DNA of 64,000 nt from Perkinsela sp. CCAP 1560/9 (GCA_965644495.1 CBFFSA010000005.1:372001-436000), one strand, 5' to 3'. Counted from the stretch's first letter, positions 44,985 to 57,086 are shown. Notes: generated from the sequence alone by a model not told the origin. Made by a program: numbers and translations.

Positions 44985-46223
44985 ATGTCAAAGCCCTGGG
45001 TTGAGAAGTACCGACCACGTGCGCTACAAGATATATGCTCGCAAGAAGCAGTCGTCAATGCATTGCAGGAGTGTATCAGCACTCCAACTAAAGCGGCTGC
45101 ACTTCCCCATTTATTGTTCCACGGCCCAGCAGGTACGGGGAAAACAACTACGGCTCTGTCATTGGCTCGTCAACTTTTCGGCCACAACCCTGAAACTCTA
45201 TCTGTTCGTGTTCGCGAGCTGAACGCGTCGGATGATCGTGGCATTGCTGTAATTCGAGAAAAGGTGAAACGCTTTGTACAAAATGCCGTAGGAAATTGTG
45301 CATCTCGAAACCAACGCAGCTTAGTATTTTCGAAATCTGGATCTACTGGACCTGGTCTGTCTTCTGATACTCTTACAAACGAAGCCCCTCTACCACCGTT
45401 CAAATTAGTGATACTTGACGAGGCTGATGCACTTCTACCAGATGCGCAAGCAGCGCTGCGTCGTATGATGGAGGATTATGCCGCCAGCACTCGTTTTATT
45501 CTAATGTGCAACTATCTTTCTCGCATTATTGATCCAATTACCTCACGCTGTGTCAAATATCGTTTTCGTTCTCTTCCAAAGGAGGCAGTTCTTGAACGTC
45601 TGGGTCACATTTGTATCTCAGAAGGGTACGACATTTCTAGTGCACAAGAAATTACGGATGACACTACTGCGCAACGTAAGGCATCAGACGAAACTGGAAA
45701 TTTTTTTGAACTTTTATTTGAATCCTCAGGTGGAGACATGCGAAATGCCATCACACAGTTACAAAGCGTTGTAGAATATTCTAAGCCGAAGACGACAACA
45801 AAAGAAGTAAGCAACGGCAGTGTTTTGCGCTTACCTACGACCTCGGAGTTGTGCGCCGTCTTAAATATTATTCCTGATGAAATCCTTTTAGGGTATATGT
45901 ATCGAGGCTTGTTTTCAAGAAACTTTGATGATTTACAGCGTGAAACTAAAATTTTGTTGCAGCAAGGCTATGGTGCGAGTCAAGTTCTTTATCATCTTTT
46001 ACCCTTTTTCTCGGGTGCCCGGGATACCGGAAGTTGCTCTAAAAATTTTATGGAAACTGATGATGTATGTTTTCAAACTCTTTGTTCTCTTTCGAATGTC
46101 CAGCGCGCTCGTATTTGTGAAAAGTTTGCTGATGTAGATAAGAGGCTTATGGACGGGGCGGACGAAACTATTCAACTGCTGGATGTTGGGTGTGCAATTC
46201 TTCAAATTGTAGAAAGGAAGTAA
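44985..46223 (+). CDS. RFC4: Replication factor C small subunit (RFC4/yeast Rfc2-type)
   Basis: [49 protein letters not shown] and SRC. Confidence 0.9.
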   Translation: MSKPWVEKYRPRALQDICSQEAVVNALQECISTPTKAAALPHLLFHGPAGTGKTTTALSLARQLFGHNPETLSVRVRELNASDDRGIAVIREKVKRFVQNAVGNCASRNQRSLVFSKSGSTGPGLSSDTLTNEAPLPPFKLVILDEADALLPDAQAALRRMMEDYAASTRFILMCNYLSRIIDPITSRCVKYRFRSLPKEAVLERLGHICISEGYDISSAQEITDDTTAQRKASDETGNFFELLFESSGGDMRNAITQLQSVVEYSKPKTTTKEVSNGSVLRLPTTSELCAVLNIIPDEILLGYMYRGLFSRNFDDLQRETKILLQQGYGASQVLYHLLPFFSGARDTGSCSKNFMETDDVCFQTLCSLSNVQRARICEKFADVDKRLMDGADETIQLLDVGCAILQIVERK

Positions 46224-46680
46224 TAGTTCCTATTTTTCGTACCTTTTTAAAAGAGTTCTGTGTTACTTCCTGCTTTTTATTAGGCCCTTTATTACGCTAA
46301 GAGCAACACAGGTACACAAGTTGGAGTCTACAAGTTGCATGTACAGTTGTACAAGTTGCATGCAACTGTATGTGGGCTGCGTGTCGCGTCTTGTATTATG
46401 GGGCTAAGATTCCTTCTGTAACTTTTTATCTAGAACGTAAATGCAGTACCGCAATTTAATACGAATTGATGAAAGTTGGCCTCCTAATGTACTGATCAAT
46501 CTTTGCAGATGCCTCTTTTGTTTTCTAAGATCAGTCACAGTCTTGTACTACTCTTTTTTGCTTTTGTATTTAGCTTGCCTGTGATACAGGTCCCACTTTA
46601 AATGGCTGTTGGTATTGCTGTATCCCCTTTTATTGCATAATTTTTCTCTTATTACGCCTCTTTTCTCCTCCTCTTACGCC

Positions 46681-47211
46681 ATGTCAACTCAACAGATCCC
46701 GAAATCGACTGGGGATGCAGAGTCATACGTTCCGTATCAGATTCCGGCTCCGAATTTGGCTTTGGTTTACATTTACTGGACTCTGGCTACAACGATGTTA
46801 TCTCTGACAAGTTACATATGGTGGGTAAGGGTACACATGGGCCGTCTTACTTTTCTCTTTTCGCGCACAAACTTGGGAATGTTGATCGTTGCTCAATGTA
46901 CGTTTTGGTTCATCAGTGGCCCATTTTCTATAGCTGCTAACACGAGTCCCTGTGGAAGCCGAGAACGACGTAGGAACCTTTACAAGGGGATGACGGCATA
47001 TTATTTCTTAGCAGATCTCCCGCTATGGATAATTGACATGTATTTGTTGTATCAATACGGTTGGTTTCATATCTGGCAGGGAATTTCTACCGTCAGTCGG
47101 TGTATCAGTTTTTTGATTCATTCATTTTTGCTATGGATGAAATACTTACTTATTGTGAGTGACTATCTGCATGATCGAGTTCTCAGTTATGATTGTGTTA
47201 ATGTAGACTAA
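46681..47211 (+). CDS. Multi-pass membrane hypothetical protein
   Basis: About 4 hydrophobic segments; ATG after a pyrimidine tract. Confidence 0.65.
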   Translation: MSTQQIPKSTGDAESYVPYQIPAPNLALVYIYWTLATTMLSLTSYIWWVRVHMGRLTFLFSRTNLGMLIVAQCTFWFISGPFSIAANTSPCGSRERRRNLYKGMTAYYFLADLPLWIIDMYLLYQYGWFHIWQGISTVSRCISFLIHSFLLWMKYLLIVSDYLHDRVLSYDCVNVD

Positions 47212-47587
47212 TAGAGGGAAAACTCTCCGCATATGCGAGTTTCTTCTAACTTAAATAAACCACACGTCACGATACCTGACTTTAGCCTAACCTTTGGTAT
47301 ATGAGGCTGATTTAGCTAATTCTTGTTGCAATTTGCATATCTCAATACAATGTATTGAAAAACCTATGATGTATGTATGAGAACCTATGTATGAGAAACC
47401 TATGTATTGAGAAGCCTATGTAGCGACTAGGCTAGTCACACTCCTGGCGAAAATGAAGGATCCCTGGCATGCCCTTCATCGACCATATCCCCCCTTTTTT
47501 TGAGATTTTCTCACCCTCCTCGATCCACCCTACCCCGAACAGCATAGAGAAGAAAGAGGTTGTGAACAACCACCGCAATATAATACA

Positions 47588-48450
47588 ATTGCGGTGGTTG
47601 TAAAACTACCGCTCTACCCTCGATTATTGAAAAAGTGAACAAAAAACAGTGAAAATATAAAGAGGAACACAGTAATATAATAGAAGAAAAAAATATAAAA
47701 GGGGGCTCCGGTGGTCCAAAACTGAAAAAAAAAATTAAAAAAAATGGGGGGTCTAGGGGGGCACCCGCAACCTTATCTGTCATAGAAACTCGCACCCTTA
47801 TCTGTCATAAATGCATCCTTATCTGTCATAAATGCACCCTTATCTGTCATAAATGCACCCTTATCTGTCATAATGCACCCTTATCTGTCATACTGCACCC
47901 TTATCTGTCATAATACAATTGAAATAAATGAGCGTCCAAAAGAAGTTCTTGGGAACGCTTCCCCACTGAGCCTCCACAGAGATTTTAAAGTATCGCCCTC
48001 CGCTCTTGTATGACTCTCCCGACTCTGAGAATTCTCATGAAGCGGTTTCATCTGCTGGTGAAGAAGCGATTGTTAGCACCTTGGAAGTCGTGCGCAATCT
48101 TGCTACAATGGACAGATAAGGGTGCGAGTTTCTATGACAGATAAGGGTGCCGCGTTTATGACAGATAAGGGTGCGAGTCGGGGGGGTCCATGGGAGGGGG
48201 GGGTCGAGCAAATTTTTTTGAAAAACTTATTTTTCGAAAAAAAAACGCAGAAGTGGTAGCCGGGGTCTTGGCGCGTATTTTCCACCCCCCTACCCGGGGG
48301 TGACCCCCCCCCTCGTATGCGCACGACGGGTCCGGTAAGTTCGGATTTTTTCGGAATTTTTTTTTTGAAAAAAACTTCAACTTGGCGAAAAAAATGGCAA
48401 AAAAAATATTTTTCCAAAATCGTTTCCCCTATTGTATTTTTAAAGTATGG
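47588..48450. mobile_element. Hairpin-family repeat copy C (left part), containing a fold-back insertion
   Basis: Aligns with 4091-4182 joined to 5457-5830. Confidence 0.8.
47762..48179. mobile_element. Non-autonomous fold-back element with subterminal tandem repeats (CACTA/CMC-like)
   Basis: 7 x (GCAC)CCTTATCTGTCATA on the left and 3 inverted copies on the right; ends CACCCGCA / TGCGAGTC; sits between G-runs. Confidence 0.75.
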
Positions 48451-49338
48451 GACCTATAAACCCCTCGACACGAATAAAGCACCCCCCTTTATTTTTTGCG
48501 TGCGGGGACCCATGGGGGTTGCATGTCATACCACAATAGTAGAACTGCCATCTTTTCATTTGTTCTCTCACGCACTATCCACACGAAAGCGGGGGGCATT
48601 TGTGTAGTACAGCGTACTAATTGAGCATCGTACCCCGTTGGAGCACAAAGTAGTAATATGACCCATGCTGTGCACTGAGCAATGTATGAGACCCATGAAA
48701 ATCCCATTGGTAGTCCTCATTTCGAATATTCTTCCGCAACATCTAGTGGAAAATATTTGCCCACTAAGCTTGGAATCCTAATTTAATGAAATCAATGTCT
48801 GAGGTCTGCGGTGAGGAAGCTTCCATTCGGAAAACAAGAAAGAACATACAATAAACAATCTCTTCCAAAAGGAGAAAATTGACTCCTGGTGGAGGCGCGC
48901 ACATCTCCTTTACAGGACTTGCATCTACTGTATTCCTTGAGCCTCCAGAGCTTTTCCGCACCTCGAAATACCTCAGAAACACTCTGGAATGTTTGTGCGA
49001 ATCATATACCTCGTGAAGGACTCCCCATTTTGCCAGCGGTAATAAATTGGATAGCCATTTTTTTATCCGTGCTACACCCGGCAGAGTTTGTCAAAGGTGA
49101 CTGAGACAGAAAGGAGATAAACGTAACGGGGTCACCCAGTGCAAGGAGGCAATCCAATGCCCACTGCAACCCAAACGCTTTTGTCCAGGCTTCCGCACTT
49201 CGTATGCACAGACTACGAGCGACCTCGATAGGATCTAAGATACCTAAAGATGGACGGAGAGGCTCCAGATGCAATCAATAATTGCTCGCATATGCATGAC
49301 GTATGAGTGGGTATAAGGGGCCCATTTAACAATGTGAC

Positions 49339-50300
49339 ATTGCGGTGGTTGCATAACTGCCGCTCTACCCTCGATTATTGAAAAACAAGTGAACAAAAAC
49401 AGTGAAAATATAGAAACACAGTAATATAATAGAAGAAAAAAATATAAAAGGGGGCTCCGGTGGTCCAAAATTGAATAAACAAATTGAAAAAAATGGGGGG
49501 TCCAGGGGGGGGCATACGTCGCGAAATTTTTTTTCGAATTTTTTGCTTTTCGAAATCGAGCGCAGGGAAGTTTATGGTTTTTTTTGAAAATCATATTCCC
49601 TTAATTAGTGTAATTCTTAATTAATGTTTCCACGGTAATTGGAATGTATGACAGTATACATCTTCGTACCCTCTTCAACACCACATCACTTTCCTAACTT
49701 CCGCCTTAGATTCATACGAATTTTCAATTAAATCTCAGACGAGTGCTATGTAGGTCGACATGATTTTAGGGAAAATATCCTCTTGCATCCAACCGGGTCC
49801 TGTTACGTGAGCGTAAATCTTCCCCAAATGGCTTCCAATGCTCTTGAGGTCCTTTAAAGTACCTGAGTTCTCTTCCTTGGTTGACCAGAAAAAGACGGTT
49901 GAGGGAAGTGTAAGTTTCTTGGAAGTATAAGGGGAGTGCTGATTCATTGTCTGCAATGAAAATGTAGGTATAAAGGGAGGGATCACCCTCTAAAATATAA
50001 AAGGGGATCACAGTACTATCCAAATTCTTCCGATATGACAATGATATTTTTCTATCTCCCGTATTACTTGCTGCGGGTAACACCGAGTACCATGCATACG
50101 GTACGCGAGTACGGTACTCGGGTACTCAAGGCCCTAGGTACTCATTTGAGTACCCGAGTACCGTACTCGCGAATGTATGCAAAGGGGTCTTTTTGGGTCC
50201 GAAGAATGGTGTGGTTGGGGTCGCATCCCCCACCCAATACGTTTGATAGCCTCGAATACATGCGCACGAGTGATTTCCCACACGCAAAAGGCGAACTTAG
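49339..50300. mobile_element. Hairpin-family repeat copy D fragments
   Basis: 49339-49575 matches the family left end; 50183-50300 matches 5953-6070. Confidence 0.7.
50104..50171. repeat. Perfect 26-bp inverted repeat built from GAGTAC/GTACTC units
   Basis: CGCGAGTACGGTACTCGGGTACTCAA - 16 nt - TTGAGTACCCGAGTACCGTACTCGCG. Confidence 0.95.
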
Positions 50301-51618
50301 AGGGGTGACTCCTATCCAGGCGCTTCTAGGCGCTTCCAGTGAACTTCTATGGTGTTCGGACTTGGTAATTTGAGGATAGCAACGTAAACCCCCCTATGGG
50401 GGGACATGGGAGGCACACTTTATTTTTATTTTCTAAAGTCTTGTCCAAGGAAGTGGCAGATTAGGCCGAGGCTATCGTTCGGTCCCAGTAATAAGGCATT
50501 TTGCACTGCGTCAACGAGAGATGAATGTCGTAAATTGTTGTTGTTTTTGTTGATAACAAGAGCGCCCGCATTACCCTCATGCAAGCGCCGCAAGTACCAC
50601 TCCGGCTCTCGGGCTCCGCCCGAGTACGGGGACGCAAGGCTCTCCTAGGTCGCTTCACCAGCGTGTGTGTGTCTGTGCGTGTGATTCAGGCCAGTTGGCT
50701 CCGAAGAGCTGTGGCTTCCTACTTCACGCGTAGGTCGCGCTACCGGTTCTCCACGCACAAGCGTGATCTTCTAACACGAGAGCATCGAAACCCCCAATCA
50801 TACAAGAAGACACCGGACTTTCCTCACGGGCGGTCAGGATGGCGGCACATGGGTGAAGGAGGGTGCGAAGAGGGCGGGGCAGGGGGGCGAATTGAATGGC
50901 CAGGAGGCTGACCAAGAGTGGGGGCGAAGAGGGCAGGCCAAGACGAGGAGGGCAGGCGAGGAAGGCGGCCAGGGGGCGCCGAGGAGAGCGGCGAAGAGCA
51001 ATGTGTGGGCAGGCTCACCAGTGACAATGAACACTCCATAGTTAGCCTACCATGTGTCAAAAAGATATAAAACGACTCCGTTGGTCCAAAATTGAAAACA
51101 AAAATCAAACAATGGGGGTCGCCACACCTGAGGATGACCGCCCTGGTACATTCTAAAATATTTTATGCGGTCGAAACCATGATAAAGTCTTGTAGGCTAA
51201 ACATTTCCAACAACATGATTACCACATCCTCCAACTGAAGCAAAAAAGATTAAGAAAAAGTAAAAAGAAAAATTAAGACAAAGGTCCTTGGCGCTTCCAG
51301 GCCCACGAATGCACACATTCTCGGAAAATCCTTGCGTGCCCCGCGTATTTGCAATTTCCCACAGCCGAGCAGAAAAGGGATTTCGGCGCTCGAGGCCAAT
51401 GAAAATGCGCAAATCTCCGGGCGCTTTGCAGTTCCCACGGATAATCCAGATGCTCCTTGCAACGCTGGGTCGACAGTGTCGATATCATCGATTTCGCTGA
51501 TCTCCGAACGAGCAGAAAAAGGGTTTCGGCGCTCAAGAACGAAGCTTTCAGAATTAATCGATACGGCCGGATTATTGCAAAGGGCTTGAATGTTGACACC
51601 TCGCGTTTCGCAACTTAC

Positions 51619-53221
51619 GAGGGGAGGCGGTCGCTCAATCTGCCGTATTCTGCCATATTCTGCCTATCAGGGGGGATTCCACGTCAAAAACACTGCACCG
51701 CGTGGTGGTTATGTTGTGACAATAGAGAGATTCAATGCATATATTGACCGTCATAAGTTTATGCATTTTTGCCAGAAAAGCCACGTAACTACATCAAAAC
51801 TTTTCCGGCTTATGTGGAATGCGGAGTGCTTAACCTACGCGCTGGAGAAAAAAATATTGGTTGATCCATCAACTGTCCAATTTGGGGCTAATGAAGACGG
51901 AAAATTAGCTTTTGCGCGACCCCCTGTTGAGCAATGTTTTTGTGACTTTGAGGCTCCTTCTCGAACGGAAAGGGAAAGCCGCGAGCTAATTAGAACGTAG
52001 TATCGGGAAGCGCTAAGGGAATTTCCTATCCCCTCTGCCAAAAAGTCGAAAAAACGAGCGAAGTCGCCAGGACGGGATCGATAGTATGCCTATGATTAAA
52101 TAATAATGAATAACCAGTCCATATTTATTTCCACATAATTTATGTATTGCAGAAAGCCAGTGGTTCTTCAACGAGCCTTATTCCTCTATGTTCCAAGAAT
52201 CCATTCCTTCTTTTCACTTTCTTTCGTACGAATATGCCTGACGTCTCTGTACAAACCGAATCAGAGGAAATTCAGACCGAGCTTGATCTTTTAGAAAAGT
52301 ACATCATGCAATGGAAGGCAGCGATACAAAAGCCATTGAAACAGTATCGCTTTGTTCGCGGAAACATCACTCTTCTTCAAGGTGACCCGGACGCAATTGA
52401 TCGCGTCTTACGCGTGTAAATCGTTGTCTGAGCGCGGTTGCGTTCTACGACGATGTGTTGGTATGTTGTGTTCCGCTTCTTGCCACAGGGGTCGCACAAT
52501 TGACACCTAATCTCATCACATATCGTGGTGGGTGGCTGGGTGCGGAGCACGTACGAGACGGCTTTATTAGCGAAGCCGGCCTGGAACTTCGTTCTGTTGT
52601 TGCCTCACATGACGAATTCAATTCGTCTGATCCTGAAGCTGAATGCAAGGCATTCGCTGGTCGTGTTTGGGCCTACCTCGCAGGCCAGAACATCCGAGTG
52701 AGTCGCCGTTTACAGATGAACACTCCACAAGAAAGCGAAACATTGTCTATTATTCCTGTGAGTGTTCCTTCCCCTTCTTCCCACTTGGCAGATGTCATCC
52801 AAGATCCTCTCCAAATTGTCCGCCCCCCTCCACCCATCAATGTAAAAGTGCCGATACAGCCCCCTATCGTCATTAATGGAATGTTCCCGAAGAAAAGGGG
52901 ACGACCCATAGGTCCTCAGGCACCACCGCGCAGCGTGCAGGAAGACAAAAGTCAGAAAGATTAAGTTTGATAATTTCCCCGAGAACTAAGCTAGTAAGGT
53001 CAGTGTGAAAGTAAATCTTGACTTTTTGGAAGTGTTAAAATTATTATTGAACTTTGACTACAGTGTTGAATCCCCGATTTCTGTTTTAATAACATTAGCG
53101 AAAGCAATAAACCAAGGCGCCGCGGAGCGGCGCGGAATTTTTTCCGATATACCTGATTTTATTATATTATACCGTATTCTGCCGTGTTCTGCCTATCACC
53201 ACCGACCGGCCGCCCCCCCTC
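51619..53221 (+). mobile_element. 1.6-kb TIR element with GAGGGG...CCCCTC ends and a 3-bp TSD (TAC)
   Basis: TAC|GAGGGGAGGCGGTCG ... CGACCGGCCGCCCCCCCTC|TAC; TATTCTGCC-type repeats near both ends. Confidence 0.8.
52234..52964 (+). pseudogene. Orphan ORF inside the TIR element, split by a frameshift; AT-hook-like C-terminus
   Basis: Removing the GT duplication at about 52414 (CGCGTGTAAA) joins ORFs 52147..52419 and 52455..52964; KKRGRP near the end. Confidence 0.5.
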
Positions 53222-53259
53222 TACGTTTACACGTCTTCAGCGTCCCTGGCCAATTTTTC

Positions 53260-53368
53260 TTTTTTAGACTCTTCGTTAAACGCGGTGGTAGTTTTCAACG
53301 CGAAGCACGCAGCATGAGTGACTTCTAAGTTGAAAACAACCACCGCGTTTAACGAAGAGCCTAAAAAA
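53260..53368. repeat. Third copy of the terminal 107-109-nt palindrome
   Basis: Near-identical to 6177..6283 and 43663..43771. Confidence 0.95.
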
Positions 53369-53577
53369 GTATCGCTTATATCGTTCGCGTGCATGGCTTG
53401 TTTATTTTAATGGGTATGCTTTGAACAAAGATAATCTTTAGTTAAAGAGTGGCAGTAGTGTACTGCACAGTTTCGCAATGTATCTTCACGATATTGTAAG
53501 TCTTTCTCTTGTTTCTGTACTTTATTCATTGTGTACGAGGGGCATGATTAAACCTGTTTCATACCTTCTTGAACATT

Positions 53578-53910
53578 TCACATAGCGCATCTTTCATCTC
53601 GTCCACAGCTTCCGCAGCTGCTAATGAGCATGACATCACCGCCGTTCCTCTTCAAACTTCCGTTACACTTTTCAGTAATTGATTGAACTCGGTCTGATCT
53701 TTTGTCTCCCAAAATATCTGATCCTGGCTTGCTCCCCAAAACATTTCCTTCACACTTCAAACGTTTCTTGACCATAGAATTAGCACATTCGACAGTGTTT
53801 GTATCTACCCCCTCCGGGGTGACCCATTGCTGACGATGATTTACATTTCGCCACTCGTACTTGGACCGAAGTTTTAGATTATGACGGGTGTCATCGGTCC
53901 AAATTAAGTA
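53578..53910 (-). pseudogene. Merlin (IS1595/ISXO2-like) transposase C-terminal fragment
   Basis: Extending ORF 53578..53775 upstream in frame gives LIWTDDTRHNLKLRSKYEWRNVNHRQQWVTPEGVDTNTVECANSMVKKRLK, i.e. TD...VNH...G(V)xTNxxE. Confidence 0.8.
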
Positions 53911-54143
53911 AGTAAATTAATGTACAATTCTTGTACAGTAGTATTCCTATTTTGTGCAGGGAAAACTACCCGAATATTATTCGGGTAAATATGTGGGACT
54001 TCTTTCCCAATTTCTATTGTGGGCAGTTATTGAATAGCTACCCACAACAAAAGTAGTCCCCCATATTTTTCGAACAATAAGATCAATAGTGTGACAAATA
54101 AACATACAGTACAAACCTGAAGTGTAAGTCTTAATATTAAGTA

Positions 54144-54962
54144 ATGCACTTTCTCTCATTAATGTGGACAACTATGCTCCCCCTTACCAGAACGTCTATG
54201 GAAGCTCTCGAAGAAGCGAACGTTCCTTTCAAAAGGCGTAAATTGGGAAAGGTGGGGTCCTCTGTTCTTCCTATTGAATATAAATTGACGCGTTTTGTTG
54301 CAAATCTTACGAATCTGCGTAAATCTTGGTCTGAGGGCACTGCTGGATGTTCGTGGGAAGAGGTTGAATGCAGTCAAGATGGACATCTTACTCATATAAA
54401 CTGGGACTCCATGAAGCTGGGTGGCATTCCGGATTGGAAACAATTGCCATCCACATTACAATATCTAAATCTTTTTGACAACAAATTAGAAGGACCTGTC
54501 ACCGGATCTGATATTCCTGAATTTGTTTCGCACTTTCATATCTTTGACAATCGCTTCTTTAGCAATTTCTCACTTACCGAACTACCTCATCATATTTTAA
54601 TTCTGAGCTTAAAAGATAATCGCTTTTATGGTCCACTGGACTTTACCCAGCTTCCAAAAGGCATTACGAATATCCGACTATCTAAAAATAATTTTTCTGG
54701 GTCCATTGATCTGCAAAATTTGCCATGCAGTCTTCAAGAGCTCGCTCTTCACGATAATTCATTGAGCGGAGAACTTGATCTTACCAAATTAAGCGATGGT
54801 CTGAGGTCACTTTTCCTTAACGGTAACAAGTTCAGCGGAGTTGTAAACCTTGAAAGTTTATCATCAAGTCTAGTACTTGTCGGTGTGACAGATAATCCAT
54901 GGCAAATAGAGGAATCTCATCAGTTTAGGCTTGAAAATGGGTCGCATTGGAGGATACATTGA
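54144..54962 (+). CDS. Short LRR protein
   Basis: GCSWEEVECS cap; LPCSLQELALHDNSLSGELDL. Confidence 0.85.
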   Translation: MHFLSLMWTTMLPLTRTSMEALEEANVPFKRRKLGKVGSSVLPIEYKLTRFVANLTNLRKSWSEGTAGCSWEEVECSQDGHLTHINWDSMKLGGIPDWKQLPSTLQYLNLFDNKLEGPVTGSDIPEFVSHFHIFDNRFFSNFSLTELPHHILILSLKDNRFYGPLDFTQLPKGITNIRLSKNNFSGSIDLQNLPCSLQELALHDNSLSGELDLTKLSDGLRSLFLNGNKFSGVVNLESLSSSLVLVGVTDNPWQIEESHQFRLENGSHWRIH

Positions 54963-55050
54963 TTCGTGGTTTTTAATCTTTTACTTTTTTTGATGGTCTT
55001 GCACATGTTCAACAACAATAAAGGTATGAGTCCCGTGTATTACATGAAAA

Positions 55051-55688
55051 CACTGATAATGCATAATGCACACTGATAATGCATAAAATTCGCACACTGA
55101 TAATGCATATAGGCACACTGATAATGCATAAAACTCGCACACTGATAATGCATAGTAGCTCGCACGCTGATAATACATAATGCACACTGATAATGCATAA
55201 TGCATACTGATAATGCATGACGACTATATTCACACAAAGACTGTTTTTTAGGTTTCCCAAATTTTGTTGGGCTTCGCAAATAGCTTCCTACTAACGTCAG
55301 ACGTCTTTGTGTTCAAGACGGGTAAACAAGGTCTTGGCTTTATTACGGGTTGGCTATGGTGAAATTTTTTGGGCTTCGCAAACTGCTTCCGACTAACGTC
55401 AGACGTTTTTGTCTTGCAGACGCGTAAACAAGGTCTTGGCATGCAAATGGTTTTACTACAAATTTTTGTAAAGGGCCTTTCTTCAATTTTTTCCAAGGGC
55501 TCAATCCATTTTCGAAGGGATTGCAAAAATTATGCACTATCAGTGTGCGAGTTTTATGCATTATCAGTGTGTCTATATGCATTATCAGTGTGCTAACATG
55601 CATTATCAGTGTGCCTATATACATTATCAGTGTGCGAGTTCTATGCATTATCAGTGTGTGAGTTTTATGCATTATCAGTGTGCGAGTG
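55051..55688. mobile_element. Fold-back element with inverted minisatellite arms
   Basis: About 8 x (GCA)CACTGATAATGCATA on the left and about 7 inverted copies on the right, ending TGCGAGTG; internal 72-bp direct duplication (55268/55369). Confidence 0.8.
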
Positions 55689-56169
55689 GCTAGTCCTAGG
55701 GCTTCCCTGGCTCATGGGCCCGGCTGTCCCCTCCGTGTGTTCGGCCTCTCATATTCCCCAAAACAACTACCACCTTCTCCCCATTTATCAAGGGTCGCTC
55801 GCGCGACCCGCGCTAAATAGGGGGGAAGGTGGTACTTGTGGGATATGGAGGCCTCTCACAACTCCGAGGCCTCACCGGGAGCAGGACAGAAGTGCAAGGA
55901 CTTATTTTCAATGGTTTTTGACTTATGCAATATTCCTTTACTTACACATTATTCCTTGACTTATGCAATATTCCTTTACTTTGGCCGTAATACTCTACAA
56001 TATTCCTAGGTACTTGACACCATTAAATAAAACCGAAAATTAGTAAATGTATCAGTACTTAGAGAATAGGAGTTAGTTCAAACCCTGGAACTCAATTGCA
56101 AACGAAGCAAATTCTAAAATTGTTTAACACAAATTAACATTGTTTCATTTACTTATTGCTTACTCCTTT

Positions 56170-56928
56170 ATGCGAGTAGTCGGGCTTGTATCAGGAGGTA
56201 AGGATAGCACTCTAAATTTGCTGAAATGTAAAGATCATGGCCACGAGGTAATTTGTCTCGCTAACATGATGCCCGAGAACGGCTCTGATGCCGACGAAGA
56301 GCTCGACAGCTACTGTTTTCAAAGTGTGGGACAAAAACACATTCCAGCTTTTGCGAAATGTGCGTCTCTGCCGTTATATACCCAAAAATTGCGCAGAAAT
56401 TCCTCCGTGAATCAAGATCTAGAATATCAAGAAACGAAAGGAGACGAAGTTGAAGATTTATATACTTTGCTATCAACAGTCAAATCCGCGCATCCCGAAG
56501 TACAGGCTGTCAGTACCGGGGCAATCGAGAGTGTATATCAAAAAACGCGTGTAGAAAATGTGTGTATGAGACTAGGGCTTGTGTCACTATCGTACTTGTG
56601 GAAAATGAGCGCCATGGATATCTTGAAAAACGTTCTACACTATAAACTAAAGGTCATAATAATTAAGGTTGCATGTGGCGGACTTCATCCTGCACACAAA
56701 TTTTTGGGTCGTATTATTGACGAATCTCTTACAGATGAGCTTCTTAAAATTCCACACATGCATGGCGCAGGCGAAGGTGGAGAGTATGAAACGTTCACAT
56801 TGGATTGTCCACTATTTTCATCTTCTTGTCTCGCTGTTCAAAAGTCTCACATACTAAATGTGGTAAATGACGCATATGCCCCTGTAGCATATCTGACTTT
56901 TGAGAGTACAATAGAAACGAAGGAATGA
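56170..56928 (+). CDS. DPH6: Diphthine-ammonia ligase
   Basis: MRVVGLVSGGKDS, ELDSYCFQSVG, GDEVEDL, YQKTRVENVC.RLGL and GEGGEYETFTLDCPLF. Confidence 0.95.
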   Translation: MRVVGLVSGGKDSTLNLLKCKDHGHEVICLANMMPENGSDADEELDSYCFQSVGQKHIPAFAKCASLPLYTQKLRRNSSVNQDLEYQETKGDEVEDLYTLLSTVKSAHPEVQAVSTGAIESVYQKTRVENVCMRLGLVSLSYLWKMSAMDILKNVLHYKLKVIIIKVACGGLHPAHKFLGRIIDESLTDELLKIPHMHGAGEGGEYETFTLDCPLFSSSCLAVQKSHILNVVNDAYAPVAYLTFESTIETKE

Positions 56929-57086
56929 CTTTATCTTCAACTATCGCAGAAAAACAACGCTCCACAAGAAAGTTCGGTGAAAGTCAAGCATTATTTCACG
57001 AAAAAAGCATAATATTCTCATTTTATCATATTTTACTTGCAAAGTCTTTTTTAGGGTATTTTTCGCATATATCTGCACTACTCTCG

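Noticed and set aside
48480-50083. Short ORFs at 48489-49274 and 49735-50083
   Set aside because: Fragmented, no recognisable motif, and inside the repeat block; left unannotated.
55706-55760. CCCTGGCTCA start resembling the ingi/L1Tc 77-nt signature (also CCCTGGCATGCC at about 47462)
   Set aside because: Similarity stops after 10-12 nt, and the pairing GCCAGGG and the rest of the ribozyme core are absent.
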